Positions 39,429 to 49,517 of a stretch of DNA of 64,000 bases are shown piece after piece. Within the stretch, counting starts at the first letter, position 1. The number at the start of each line of letters is the position of its first letter. The notes below the pieces were generated by a model that searched no databases, was not told where the DNA came from, and saw nothing but the letters and a program-made list of their open reading frames with translations. Made by a program: the position numbers and the translations under genes. The stretch is from Candidatus Bathyarchaeota archaeon (lineage in GTDB: Archaea; Thermoproteota; Bathyarchaeia; Bathyarchaeales; Bathycorpusculaceae), in contig OY970176.1 of assembly GCA_963707955.1 (NCBI GenBank), forward strand, positions 1,056,001 to 1,120,000, read 5' to 3'.

Positions 39429-41180
39429 TCATTTTTGGGCGAAATAGGCTGTTAACCCATTGTTGATTTCGTCAACTCTGACAAAACCGAACCGTTCAAA
39501 CTGTATTATGTCGTTCGGCTTCAACTTCTTACAAGCGCTCTCTGCCACTCCTTCTGCCACGCTTGCGTCAGGCATGACGACCCGACAAGGCATGTCGTGT
39601 CCTATGAGCACCCAGTGGATTAGCTGAGCCTTAACCTTTCTTGCATCTTCGTAGGACTCGCTGACGAAAAGGCTTTGAGCTGAATACACGTTTGTGTTCT
39701 CGATCTTTACGTTGAACAATTCCATCAGGCGAAGCATCGGGCCCACGCTCGATGAGTCGACGTCTTTCCTTGAAACCCACAGAGTCACGCGGTTATCCTC
39801 GCCCTGGGGCTGCACCGCGTATTCTCTGAACCCTCTGTCAGGCTCGTCGGGATGCAGCTTGAGCCTAGCTTCAAAAAGCTTCGGGACTCTTCTGACCGTT
39901 AGCTCTATCGGGCTATTCACGAAGAAGTACCTATCAGCGGTTGAATCTAATATCTTGCGGTTGTGCGCGTAGAGGTTTTCCCAGCTCAGAGTGACATCCG
40001 AAGTCTTCGGCCCGATATCGATAATCATCTTCTTGATCGCATCAGGCGTTATTCCACGCCTTCGTAAGGCGACAAAAGTTGCCAAGCGCGGGTCATCCCA
40101 ATCCTTGTACAGCCCGTCCCGCATTCCTTGAACTATCTTTGACTTGCTCAGAGACGCCCCCGTGATCTTCAATCTTCCATAGTGTATGGTCTCTGGATAC
40201 TTCCAGCCTAGATGCCGATACATATACTCTTGGCGAGCCTGATTTGTCAGGTGCTCCTTCCCCCGGATGATGTGGGTTATGCCAAGTACGTGGTCATCCA
40301 CACCGCTTGCAAGGTTGTAAAGCGGCCAAACCCTGTACTTGCTTCCAACCCTTGGATGTGGATACTTCACAGGGTCAATGATTCGAAGCGCAGGCCAGTC
40401 TCGAACCGCTGGGTTCGGGTGGTCCAAGTCTGTTTTGACTCGAACAACAGCTTCACCCTCTTCGTAGCCGCCGTCCAGCATTCGTCTCCATCGTTCAAGA
40501 TGCTCTTCAACTGAAAGGTTGCGGCAATCGCATGGCCTTTGAGCAATAATTCTCTTTCGAAACTGTTCCGGTTTGCACGTGCAGACGTAAGCGTTTCCAT
40601 CCCTGACCAGTCTTTCAGCGTGCTCGTAGTAAATCGGAATTCTGTCACTTTGAATGTACTCCTCGTCAGGTTTGCAACCAAGCCAAGCCAAGTCCTCCCT
40701 GATATCGTCATAGAATTCTAAGACGGGTCTTTTCAGCTTCGGGTCAGTGTCCTCAAAGCGAAGAACAAACTTGCCCTTGTACATCTGCGCATACTCATAG
40801 CATAGCACAATCGCTCTGGCTGAGCCCAAGTGCAGTACACAGTCAGGGTTAGGCGCGTAACGAGTGACTACCTGCGGATAATTGGAAACGTTCGGCAGAG
40901 GCGGAAGACGTTTTTCTTCAGCCTTCTCCTTGACAAAGGCTTCTGGCCACTCTGTGTCGACGATGCGCTTCTGCTCATCCGGTGAAAGACCGTTGACCTC
41001 TTCAACGATTTCATCGATGAGAGCTGATACTTCCTTAACCTTGTCTCTATACTCTGGTCTTTCACCCAGTATCTTTCCAACAACCGCGCCCGTCTGCGCC
41101 TTGCCGCCATGCTTAACCGCGTTCAACAGGGCGAACTTGCGAACAAGTTCTCGGCGCCCTGCTTCTTCTCCTAGATTCAA
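39429..41180 (-). CDS. gltX: Glutamate--tRNA ligase (archaeal)
   Basis: RYAPNPD..LHLGS, LRFEDTDP, IIRGKEH, LSKS, QFERFGF. Confidence 0.96.
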   Translation of the reverse strand: MNLGEEAGRRELVRKFALLNAVKHGGKAQTGAVVGKILGERPEYRDKVKEVSALIDEIVEEVNGLSPDEQKRIVDTEWPEAFVKEKAEEKRLPPLPNVSNYPQVVTRYAPNPDCVLHLGSARAIVLCYEYAQMYKGKFVLRFEDTDPKLKRPVLEFYDDIREDLAWLGCKPDEEYIQSDRIPIYYEHAERLVRDGNAYVCTCKPEQFRKRIIAQRPCDCRNLSVEEHLERWRRMLDGGYEEGEAVVRVKTDLDHPNPAVRDWPALRIIDPVKYPHPRVGSKYRVWPLYNLASGVDDHVLGITHIIRGKEHLTNQARQEYMYRHLGWKYPETIHYGRLKITGASLSKSKIVQGMRDGLYKDWDDPRLATFVALRRRGITPDAIKKMIIDIGPKTSDVTLSWENLYAHNRKILDSTADRYFFVNSPIELTVRRVPKLFEARLKLHPDEPDRGFREYAVQPQGEDNRVTLWVSRKDVDSSSVGPMLRLMELFNVKIENTNVYSAQSLFVSESYEDARKVKAQLIHWVLIGHDMPCRVVMPDASVAEGVAESACKKLKPNDIIQFERFGFVRVDEINNGLTAYFAQK

Positions 41181-41192
41181 CAGTTCTACACT

Positions 41193-42263
41193 CTAGATTT
41201 TTCTCTCGATCAAGAAGACTGCGAAGGCTTTTAGTTTTTCCTTTCCCGCTGAGGCGGGCAGTAACATCTCGACCTCACTCCAGTTTTCTTTAACCATTCT
41301 TCTTGCCACCTGCTTGGCGTATTCTATTGAGTCGTACTTCTGCATTATGGCGATAGCAGCGTCCCTCAAATCCTGATGCGAAGTGTGCATTTCTAGAATT
41401 TCAGTGAGTCTCTTCCTATCCTGAGTTTGTGCAACCTTCAATGCTTGGATTACTGGTAAGCTCCTCTTCCCCTCTGTTATGTCCTGCCCTCTTCCACCTT
41501 TCTTCTCCCCGAACTCCTCACTGGTCAAGTCTAGAACGTCATCTTGTATCTGAAAAGCCACTCCTACGCTCTCTGCAAAAATCCCAAGCTTTCCGACGAG
41601 TTCATCACTCGCATCAGCCAGAACACTCGCGATCTTTGCTGCCATTCTTGCCAGAGTTCCCGTCTTGTAGGCGCACATCTGCAGGTAGTCCTTTTCGTCG
41701 ATTGTGTCAGCGTCTGCTAAGCCTCTGTGCCATGCTATGTCCATGGCTTGGCCGAGACTTACGTTGATCATTTCTTGAGCGTAGATCTCGTAGATTCTGC
41801 TGATTTTTTGAGGTGACAGCTCCTGTCTTTTTTCCATCAGTGGAAGAAGGGGCAGGTAGTACATGGCGTTTCCGGCGTTTATGGCCACGTCGAGCCCGAA
41901 GATTTTGTAGGTACAAGGTTTTCCCCTTCTGTACTGGGATGAATCCTCTATGTCGTCGACCATGAGGGTTCCGTTATGAATGACTTCTGGGATAATGGCA
42001 TAGTCAACGTAGTCCTTTGGGTCTTTGCCTAATGCTTCGCAGACCAGTAGGAACAAGGTCGGCCGCCATCTTTTGCCGCCTCTGTCAAGAAATTCCCATA
42101 TAGGGTCTGCGACTGCCTTGTTCAAGGCTTCCAAGTTGTACGAGTATCGTGGTGGACTCAGTTCGAAAAGAACGGCGTTCTTGGAGAATACTCTTGGAAC
42201 GTATTTTTCAACGGCCTTGTTTATCAAAGGGGCCTTTTCCCGAAGAATTTCTTCAATGTCCAT
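41193..42263 (-). CDS. idsA: Geranylgeranyl diphosphate synthase (polyprenyl synthetase)
   Basis: GGKRWRP, DDIED..RRG, GQAMD, KTG, FQIQDDVLD. Confidence 0.92.
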   Translation of the reverse strand: MDIEEILREKAPLINKAVEKYVPRVFSKNAVLFELSPPRYSYNLEALNKAVADPIWEFLDRGGKRWRPTLFLLVCEALGKDPKDYVDYAIIPEVIHNGTLMVDDIEDSSQYRRGKPCTYKIFGLDVAINAGNAMYYLPLLPLMEKRQELSPQKISRIYEIYAQEMINVSLGQAMDIAWHRGLADADTIDEKDYLQMCAYKTGTLARMAAKIASVLADASDELVGKLGIFAESVGVAFQIQDDVLDLTSEEFGEKKGGRGQDITEGKRSLPVIQALKVAQTQDRKRLTEILEMHTSHQDLRDAAIAIMQKYDSIEYAKQVARRMVKENWSEVEMLLPASAGKEKLKAFAVFLIERKI

Positions 42264-42265
42264 GG

Positions 42266-43369
42266 CTAAGCCTTCTGTCTGCGCGCGTAGTTTTCAGTCC
42301 CGTAGCCCCTCATGTGAAGCCATTCTGAGGTTTTGCCCTTTATCACAATTGGTGCTCTGCGTAGTGATTCGGTCGAATCTGCTCCAACAAGGAACATGAC
42401 ATTTCTCAACTCGTCCATGAGTAGGGAAAGCGTTTTGCGCGTTTCTTTGACCCCTTTAACTGCGGATTGTAGAATTGGCTGGGAAAGGCTTGCCAAGCTG
42501 GCACCCAGCGCGAGACTCTTCGCAGCATCCACTCCGCTGCGTATTCCTCCAGAAGCGATGACGGGTATACTAACAGATTGAGACACTTCAACAATGCTTG
42601 CCACGGTTGGTATTCCCCAGTCCCAGAAGACGGCGCCTAGCCTGCGCTTTGAACTGCTCTCGGGCCCTTCTGCACGGTAGTATTCGACGGCTGCGAAGCT
42701 TGTGCCGCCTGTTCCGCTCACGTCTATGCCTTTCACGCCTACATTCTCAAGTTTCTTGGCTTCTTCAGCAGCTATGCCGGCGCCTGTCTCCTTTGCAATA
42801 ACCGGCTTGTCTAATTCTTGAGCGACCTTCCCTATGCGTTCGAGAACGCCTCGAAAGTTTGTTTGGCCCTCGGGCTGGGCAGTCTCTTGGAGCGCGTTTA
42901 GGTGTATTGCCAAGGCGTCTGCCTGGATCATTTCCACGGCTCTTTTTGCTTCTTTCAAGCCATAGCCGTTGACAAGTTGCACACCGCCGATGTTTGCGAT
43001 GATGAAGGCGTTTGGAGCTTTTTCTCTGACTACCGCGAAGGTCTTCTCAAGTCTTTTATCCTCTATCGCTGCGCGTTGACTTCCTACACCCATTCCCAAG
43101 CCCAGCTCTTCGACTGCTTCGGCTATCGTTGCGTTGATCTTTTCGCCCTCGCGGGTTCCGCCCGTTATTGCTCCTGCAATCAATGGCGCGGTAAACCTGT
43201 GGCCGAAAACCATGGTGGAGAGGTCTATTCTTTTCCGGTCAACTTGAGGCAGGGCCTTGTGCACGAAGCTTATGTCCTCGAAACCTGTGGTTACGCTCTT
43301 TGCTTGAACGTTCTGGTTCAATGAGATTTTGATGTGCTCTGACTTTCGCTTCGCTGTTTCTTTTGACAA
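42266..43369 (-). CDS. fni: Type 2 isopentenyl-diphosphate isomerase
   Basis: RKSEHI, ITGG, GVGSQRAA, HLNALQE..QPEG, KETGAG, GGTSFAAVE. Confidence 0.96.
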   Translation of the reverse strand: MSKETAKRKSEHIKISLNQNVQAKSVTTGFEDISFVHKALPQVDRKRIDLSTMVFGHRFTAPLIAGAITGGTREGEKINATIAEAVEELGLGMGVGSQRAAIEDKRLEKTFAVVREKAPNAFIIANIGGVQLVNGYGLKEAKRAVEMIQADALAIHLNALQETAQPEGQTNFRGVLERIGKVAQELDKPVIAKETGAGIAAEEAKKLENVGVKGIDVSGTGGTSFAAVEYYRAEGPESSSKRRLGAVFWDWGIPTVASIVEVSQSVSIPVIASGGIRSGVDAAKSLALGASLASLSQPILQSAVKGVKETRKTLSLLMDELRNVMFLVGADSTESLRRAPIVIKGKTSEWLHMRGYGTENYARRQKA

Positions 43370-43373
43370 GACT

Positions 43374-44174
43374 CTATTCCTTCTCTATTACCGTACCCTT
43401 TACTGCTTCTCCTTCAAGGGCCTTGTAAACGTAACGGGGTTTTGATGCGTTGACGACCGTAACCGGAATGTTCAGTTCGACAGCTGGTATGAGTTCCGCC
43501 ATTTTACCGAACATACCGCCGGTGACGTCGCAGGTCGTTGCCTTGCCCAGCTTGCCTTGAAGACCCTTCAGCTCTTCGAGTGTCAGACGGTCCAGCATCT
43601 TCGCGGTTTTTACAAGTTTCGGGTCGGCATCATAGACTCCGTCAACGTCGACTCCGATTACTATGCGGGCTGCCTCGAACCGTATAGCAAGCGCTGAGAC
43701 AAGCTGGTCGCCCGACAGCACCGTGAAACCTAGCTTTGTGTCCAACACAGCGTCTCCGTAAAGGACGGGTGTGAAGCCCATCTTCAACAGCGACTTTACC
43801 GAGGCTTCCTCGAACTGCCTGATTCTTCCGTTTTCTGTGATTATGCAGGATAAAGGTGACACGCTTACCGCTGGCAAGTCGTGCCAAATGAGAGAATCCA
43901 TGAACAAGCCGTTGAGCACAGTCATGTAATGATGAGTAACGGAGAAACCGACCTTCTGTGACTCTTCTTTGTAACCTTCCTTTATCGCATATTCTTCCGC
44001 TGAGGGATGACCGAAGCTTCCCCCTCCGTGGACGATTATCAGGTTTTGCATGCTAGCCCCATGTATCTCCCCTGCCAGGCGGTTTATCTCCTGCGTCTTA
44101 GCGGCAAGCTGTCCTTCCTTGTCTGTTATCACTGAACCGCCGATTTTCAGGATCGTAGGTCTAAGGCTGCTCAA
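43374..44174 (-). CDS. ipk: Isopentenyl phosphate kinase
   Basis: LKIGGSVITDK, HGGGSFGH, SGD, DVTGGM. Lies in the mvk-fni cluster. Confidence 0.93.
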   Translation of the reverse strand: MSSLRPTILKIGGSVITDKEGQLAAKTQEINRLAGEIHGASMQNLIIVHGGGSFGHPSAEEYAIKEGYKEESQKVGFSVTHHYMTVLNGLFMDSLIWHDLPAVSVSPLSCIITENGRIRQFEEASVKSLLKMGFTPVLYGDAVLDTKLGFTVLSGDQLVSALAIRFEAARIVIGVDVDGVYDADPKLVKTAKMLDRLTLEELKGLQGKLGKATTCDVTGGMFGKMAELIPAVELNIPVTVVNASKPRYVYKALEGEAVKGTVIEKE

Positions 44175-45144
44175 CCCTTACGCCCTCGTCTGTTTTCCTC
44201 GCCTTGAAGGGTCTGCCTCCAGCCCTCATGATTCCCTGCAAAACATCCTCAAGCTTGTCATTTTCGGCTAAGGCAATCATGCATCCGCCTCCGCCAGCTC
44301 CAGTCAGTTTCGCCCCCAGAGCTCCTGATTTTTTCGCCGCGTTTATCAGCCATTCAAGCGATTCATCGGAGACGCCTACTCCGTAGAGCAGGGCATGATT
44401 GATGTTCATAAGGTCCCCAAGAGTCTTCAGGTCGTTCGCTCTTAAGGCGTCAATGGCTCTGAGCACGATTTCCCGCGCAACCTTCCTCATAGGTTCAGCG
44501 ATCTGCGGATAGTTATTCATCAAGTTTCGCACTTTTTCAACCTGAACTCTCGTGGACCTTTCAACACCGGTGTCTCCGACGACCAGGGGAATGTCCGTTT
44601 TAACTTCAAGAGCCTTGAACCCTGTGTCCGTTTGAAACAGGAGGGCCCCACCGAAAGTAGCTATCGCCGGGTCCACGCCTGAAGGTGTGCCGTGCACAAG
44701 CTTTTCAGCTTCGAGGGCGACACGGAAAATGTCTTCCTTCGACATTTTCACGTTCAGAAGAGCGCCAACCGCCGCAGTTACAGCGACCACCACTGCGGCA
44801 GAAGACCCAAGACCAGCAGCAACAGGCACTGTTGAGTTGATCTCGATGTTCAGACCGATATCACTCTTGTGTGCAGCCAGGACTTTTTCCACGGCCAACT
44901 TAACTGGCTCAAACCTCAACTTGGCTTCTCTCGCGTCTCCCTTTTCAACTTTGAAAACTCCGTCTTCAAAGTAGCCTTTCAGGTTCAGGTTTGCCGACTG
45001 GACGTGGACGCGTTTGTCCTCGCTGCGGTCCACCGTTGCGTAGGCTCTCCTGTCTATGGCCAAAACAATCGCGGGCTCGCCGTAGACTACGAAGTGTTCT
45101 CCGAAAAGTATGACTTTTGCTGGAGCTGAGGCAACGACTCCCAT
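44161..45144 (-). CDS. mvk: Mevalonate kinase
   Basis: PAKVILFGEHFVVYG, PVAAGLGSSAA, PSGVD, KLTGAGGGG. Confidence 0.96.
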   Translation of the reverse strand: MGVVASAPAKVILFGEHFVVYGEPAIVLAIDRRAYATVDRSEDKRVHVQSANLNLKGYFEDGVFKVEKGDAREAKLRFEPVKLAVEKVLAAHKSDIGLNIEINSTVPVAAGLGSSAAVVVAVTAAVGALLNVKMSKEDIFRVALEAEKLVHGTPSGVDPAIATFGGALLFQTDTGFKALEVKTDIPLVVGDTGVERSTRVQVEKVRNLMNNYPQIAEPMRKVAREIVLRAIDALRANDLKTLGDLMNINHALLYGVGVSDESLEWLINAAKKSGALGAKLTGAGGGGCMIALAENDKLEDVLQGIMRAGGRPFKARKTDEGVRVEQP

Positions 45145-45153
45145 CCTGAACCA

Positions 45154-46005
45154 CTATTTTGTGAAACAGACGGCGGCGTACCCAACGACGCTTGAGTAGT
45201 CGCCAATCACATCTCCACTGGTCTTATAGCATAATAATTTTGCCTCTTTTGCCCCCAAAACCTTTGCAGCCCTTATCAGGGCCGCGATTGGCCCAACACC
45301 GCACGCGCTGATTTGATGAGACTCGACGGTTGAGATGAAACGGGCTTCATCCATTGCCTCCACTCCTTCAAGCGCTTTTCTGTCCTTTCTTTCGGCGATT
45401 TCCTGAGGCTCGTAGTGAGTCATGTCTGAAGAAGCTATGATAACAGCGTTCTTTTGAGAGGCAACCTTCGCCACGGCCTCTCCCACTTCTCTTGCTGAGG
45501 ACAAATCCTGCATCTGGAAACAGATCGGCACGATCTTGAATTCTGAACGATAAAGATACTGGAGAAATGGGAGCTGAACCTCGATTGAATGTTCATAATT
45601 GTGAGCAGAATCATCGACATCAATGATTCGAGAATCTCGTGCGACTTGATCGGCTGCTTCACCGTCAACTTCAACGTCGCCCAGCGGCGTGCGCCAAGAA
45701 CCCTCGTTCACGATGGCTAAGCCGCTTCCCACTCCTGTGTGGTTCGGTCCGAACAGGAACACAACGTCCGGTTTGCCGTCAGCAGATAGACGATAATAGG
45801 CGTGAGCGGCAACGGGGCCTGAAAACATGTAACCAGCGTGGGGACAGATGAGGCCTACAACTCGCCTAGGCCCAGTCGTCACAACTTTCGGAAGTTCTCC
45901 TGGCCCAAGCCTGCTGAGGAAACAGCCTTCTATCTGGCGCCTCAGCGGTTCAGCCTTCGCCTCGTAGAACGCTCCGGCTTGGCATGGACGCCGAACCCCA
46001 ACCAT
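45154..46005 (-). CDS. MEMO1 family protein (AmmeMemoRadiSam protein B)
   Basis: AGAFY, PHAGYMFSG, GPNH, EHSIEVQLPFLQ, SSDMTHY, CG.GP. Start is ATG 46005. Confidence 0.93.
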   Translation of the reverse strand: MVGVRRPCQAGAFYEAKAEPLRRQIEGCFLSRLGPGELPKVVTTGPRRVVGLICPHAGYMFSGPVAAHAYYRLSADGKPDVVFLFGPNHTGVGSGLAIVNEGSWRTPLGDVEVDGEAADQVARDSRIIDVDDSAHNYEHSIEVQLPFLQYLYRSEFKIVPICFQMQDLSSAREVGEAVAKVASQKNAVIIASSDMTHYEPQEIAERKDRKALEGVEAMDEARFISTVESHQISACGVGPIAALIRAAKVLGAKEAKLLCYKTSGDVIGDYSSVVGYAAVCFTK

Positions 46006-46009
46006 CCTT

Positions 46010-46768
46010 TTAGGTTTCCTCCTCCTCCCTCGTGATCTTGGCTTCAAAATCATCAATCGTAAGAGGTAAATCCTTGTCAGCGGCCAGTTCACCGCGCTCC
46101 CTCAACACCTGCCTCGCCAGTAGCCAGTAGATGACGGCCAAGGCTCGCCTACCTTTGTTGTTTGTGGGAACAACAAGGTCGACCCCTACAAACTCGTTGT
46201 CCGTGCTGCACAAGGCCACGACCGGTATGCCGACGGAGGACGCCTCCTTGACTGCCTGAAGATCTGCCCTCGGGTCGGACACTATCAACACGTCCGGTTC
46301 AATGCGGTTAGGATACAACGGGTTTGACAAGAGTCCAGGGATGAACCTTCCAGCCACTGCAGTTGCTCCAGTAGCCTGACAGAACTTGGTTACAGGCTCT
46401 TGGGCGTAAAGCCTAGCCGCCACCGCAGCGATTTTTGCAGGCTCGAACCGAGCTAGGAACTTGGCTGCCACCCGTATTCGATCATCTGTCTTCTTGACAT
46501 CTAACACGAAAAGTCCGTCAGGCCTCACGCGGTATATGAATTGTTCCATGTCGCCTGTTTTCATTCTTGTCCCGATGTGTATCCCAGCAGACAGCAAGGT
46601 ATCCTGTGGCAGGAGAAGCTCTTCTTCAGGGGCCACCACCTCGGTTGTCCCTGCAGCCTCCGTGTTCTCTGTGTTCTCTGCAGGTTTCACTTCTTCCTTC
46701 ATCTCGTCCTGCTTGTCTTCTTCTTCATTTCCTTCTTTGATTTCTTCGTCTTCTGACAAACCTTTCAT
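46010..46768 (-). CDS. rps2: 30S ribosomal protein S2 (with acidic N-terminal extension)
   Basis: AGIHIGT, YRVRPDGL, GRFIPG, PTNNKGRRAL. Confidence 0.96.
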   Translation of the reverse strand: MKGLSEDEEIKEGNEEEDKQDEMKEEVKPAENTENTEAAGTTEVVAPEEELLLPQDTLLSAGIHIGTRMKTGDMEQFIYRVRPDGLFVLDVKKTDDRIRVAAKFLARFEPAKIAAVAARLYAQEPVTKFCQATGATAVAGRFIPGLLSNPLYPNRIEPDVLIVSDPRADLQAVKEASSVGIPVVALCSTDNEFVGVDLVVPTNNKGRRALAVIYWLLARQVLRERGELAADKDLPLTIDDFEAKITREEEET

Positions 46769-48027
46769 GCTCCCTTCAAAACTTCAAGATCCGCCATTCT
46801 GGCCCTGTCTCCGAGGAACTCCTCAATCCTTATCAGCTCGTTTATCTTTGCCGTGCGCGCAGCCTCGACGACTCCGGCCTTTATCACTGGACACTTATAG
46901 GCCACGGCCAGTTGGGCTATGTGCCAGTCGCACGTGTCACCCGAACGGTGGGACATCACTGGAAGGTACCCGTGTCTTTTTGCCATTTCAATCGTTTCCC
47001 AAGCATCAGAGAGAGTTCCCACCTGGTTCACCTTTATTATGATGGCGTTTGCCGCGTGCATCCTTATCCCACGGTTAAGCCTTTCACTGTTTGTCGTGAA
47101 AAGGTCGTCTCCACAGACTAAGCAGCCCTTGATCTTCTTGGAGAGTTCTGCAAAGCTGCTAAAATCTTCCTCGTGAAAAGGGTCTTCAACGTAGACCAAG
47201 TGATACTTCTTGGCCAGTTCGAGAACAAACTCCAACTGTTCGCCTGAATCGCGCTTCTTCTTTTCCCTTTCGTAGTTGTATTTTTTCTCTTTGCCATTCC
47301 AGAGTGAAGACGATGCAAAATCGACGCCCATGCTGCACGCAAGACCCAGTTCGCTGCCTATTTCCTCACAGGCTTGGGTCAAAACTTCGAATGCCTCCGT
47401 GTCTCCTATGTTGGCGGCCCAAGCTCCCTCATCACTTCTTCCGCCGGTGAAAAGCTTGTCCTTCTTGCTCAGTGTTTCACCGACTTTCTTGTGAACCTGA
47501 ACGTTTGCCATGGCAGCTTCCAAGAAGGATTCGGCTCCGTGAGAAATCACCAGAAACTCTTGAATGTCCGGAGATTTTCCGCGCGTGTGTTGTCCACCGC
47601 TTAAAATGTTTCCCAGTGGATAGGGAAGCTCGCAGGCAACGTGTCCGCCTAAGTATCGGAAGAGGAGAAGTCCGCTGGAGTTTGCGGCTGCCTCGGCAGT
47701 GGCCAGCGAAACGGCGAAAGCAGCGTTGCCGCCGATCGACCTGAAGTCTTTTGAACCGTCGATTTCGTGCAGTGTACTGTCGATTTCTTCTTGGCAATCG
47801 GCGTTTAGCCCTATGATCTCTGGGGCTACAAGCTCTTCAACCCTTTTTATTGCCTGTTCAACCCCGCCTTGCGGATAGTAGACGACCTCCGTTTTTCCAC
47901 GGCTCTTTCCAGCGGGCGCTGCGACTCTCCCGAAGCCTGAAGCGGTTATTACATCAACTTCTATCGTTTCCTCTCCCCGGTTGTTGAAGACTTTTCTTGC
48001 TATGACATCCTCAATCACAGCCGCCAT
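46765..48027 (-). CDS. eno: Enolase
   Basis: Catalytic and Mg ligands present: GGQH, IQEF, DEG, GVDFA, EDPF, GDDL, IKVNQ, SHRSG. Confidence 0.95.
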   Translation of the reverse strand: MAAVIEDVIARKVFNNRGEETIEVDVITASGFGRVAAPAGKSRGKTEVVYYPQGGVEQAIKRVEELVAPEIIGLNADCQEEIDSTLHEIDGSKDFRSIGGNAAFAVSLATAEAAANSSGLLLFRYLGGHVACELPYPLGNILSGGQHTRGKSPDIQEFLVISHGAESFLEAAMANVQVHKKVGETLSKKDKLFTGGRSDEGAWAANIGDTEAFEVLTQACEEIGSELGLACSMGVDFASSSLWNGKEKKYNYEREKKKRDSGEQLEFVLELAKKYHLVYVEDPFHEEDFSSFAELSKKIKGCLVCGDDLFTTNSERLNRGIRMHAANAIIIKVNQVGTLSDAWETIEMAKRHGYLPVMSHRSGDTCDWHIAQLAVAYKCPVIKAGVVEAARTAKINELIRIEEFLGDRARMADLEVLKGA

Positions 48028-48050
48028 TGCTTTCTCCTCGATTGTCCTCA

Positions 48051-48278
48051 CTAGTAGTTTCTTGCCTCTTTCCGTTTCTCAGCCTCTTCATAAAAGCGCA
48101 GGACTTCGTCCAAAATCTCCACGTGCGACAGAAGCATGCGTCTGCAGCAGTAGCGTGTTACTCCCAGGCTGTCCAGCACTTCACCGGCGTTTTCACCGGC
48201 TTTGACTCTTCTGGCGAATTCTTCCCATTTGTCCCCGATCAGTTTGCCACACGTGAAACATCTTACAGGGATTATCAA
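48051..48278 (-). CDS. rpoN: RNA polymerase subunit Rpo10/N
   Basis: [21 protein letters not shown]. Confidence 0.97.
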   Translation of the reverse strand: MIIPVRCFTCGKLIGDKWEEFARRVKAGENAGEVLDSLGVTRYCCRRMLLSHVEILDEVLRFYEEAEKRKEARNY

Positions 48279-48293
48279 CTCGGTTCAACCTCT

Positions 48294-48704
48294 TTACCGG
48301 TAGCTCTTTTGGTCTCTCGACCGAGCGCCTGACCCGCCGAATTTTTTAGGCTCTTTCTTCCTGGAGTCTCCTGCAATCATTGTTCTGTCGTATTCTGCAA
48401 AAAGAGTCCGTAAATGAGTGCTCTTGGTCCACTTCAATATCGCGTTAGCGATGGCCGTGCGGGCGGCCTCTGCCTGGCCCATGTAACCTCCCCCCGAGGT
48501 TTTCACGTCCAAGTCTAGCTGTTTCCAAATCTCATCTCCAGCCTGCACGAGCGGTTCCATCATCTTCTCACGTGCGATTTCGGGTTCAAAAATCTCCAGG
48601 GGGATTCGGTTTACGTAGACTCTTCCAACGCCCGGTCTCACGACTGCGCGTGAAAGGGCTGTTTTCCTCTTTCCGCTCACCACGAGAGTTTTCTTAGCAG
48701 GCAC
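48294..48704 (-). CDS. rps9: 30S ribosomal protein S9
   Basis: GKRKTA, GGGYMGQAEA, EPKKFGG..AR..QKSYR. Confidence 0.97.
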   Translation of the reverse strand: MPAKKTLVVSGKRKTALSRAVVRPGVGRVYVNRIPLEIFEPEIAREKMMEPLVQAGDEIWKQLDLDVKTSGGGYMGQAEAARTAIANAILKWTKSTHLRTLFAEYDRTMIAGDSRKKEPKKFGGSGARSRDQKSYR

Positions 48705-48706
48705 TC

Positions 48707-49150
48707 TTATTCACCCTGGTTCCACCCTATTCTTTTCGCCAACTCGCCGACTGTGAAGCATGGGCATGTTAGCTTTTTTGCCTGAGCTTCCGGTACGGTT
48801 TCCATCTTCTGGTTTTTGAGGTTGTCCGGAATTCCTATGAACACTTTCAGCCGTTTGTACGCTTGTTTTCCCTTAGGTTTCTTTGACGGTATCATGCCTC
48901 CGACGGTCTTTCTGACTATTCTGTCAGGTCGTCTGTAGTGGAATGGTCCCCGGTTAACGCCTCCCACCGCCAGAAACTCTTTGGCTTCAGCTACTTTGCT
49001 TCTTTTCCTTCCGGACATCACCGCTTTCTCAGCGTTCACAATCACTATTTTCTCACCGGTCAACAGGCGTTTGGCAATTTTGCTTGCCATCCTGCCCAGT
49101 ATCAGCCCGTCAGCATTTACTACCGTGGCAGGTTTACTAGTTGTCTCCAT
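48707..49150 (-). CDS. rpl13: 50S ribosomal protein L13
   Basis: ILGRMAS.IAKRLL.GE, NAEKA, GPFHYRRPD. Confidence 0.96.
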   Translation of the reverse strand: METTSKPATVVNADGLILGRMASKIAKRLLTGEKIVIVNAEKAVMSGRKRSKVAEAKEFLAVGGVNRGPFHYRRPDRIVRKTVGGMIPSKKPKGKQAYKRLKVFIGIPDNLKNQKMETVPEAQAKKLTCPCFTVGELAKRIGWNQGE

Positions 49151-49154
49151 ATTT

Positions 49155-49517
49155 TCACCCAATGATCTTGACGTTTGACCCCTTAGGGTTTTTCTTGATA
49201 AGGTCGAAGAAGGACAAACACTTTCCCCTCGCAGCCGCTATCTTTTCCCTTGCCCTTGCAGAGAACGCAAACGCTGCTATCGTTACAGGATGGCTTAATT
49301 TGCCCGTGGCCAGCACCTTGCCAGCAACGGCGACTGTCTCGCTCCTGCGCGTGAACCTGTTCAAGCGGCTCAGGTTCACGACGACGCCTCTTTTTCTTGG
49401 CTTGGCAAGACGTTCGGCAACGTCCCACCAGATCTTAGCATCGTTCTCTCTGCATTGCTTCTTGAGGAATTTAATGACTTCCAAGAGTTCTGGGTTTGTG
49501 GCCTTAATCTTCTTCAC
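49155..49517 (-). CDS. rpl18e: 50S ribosomal protein L18e
   Basis: TNPEL, AKIW..VAERL, VNLSRL, GKVL..G, AFAFS. Confidence 0.95.
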   Translation of the reverse strand: MKKIKATNPELLEVIKFLKKQCRENDAKIWWDVAERLAKPRKRGVVVNLSRLNRFTRRSETVAVAGKVLATGKLSHPVTIAAFAFSARAREKIAAARGKCLSFFDLIKKNPKGSNVKIIG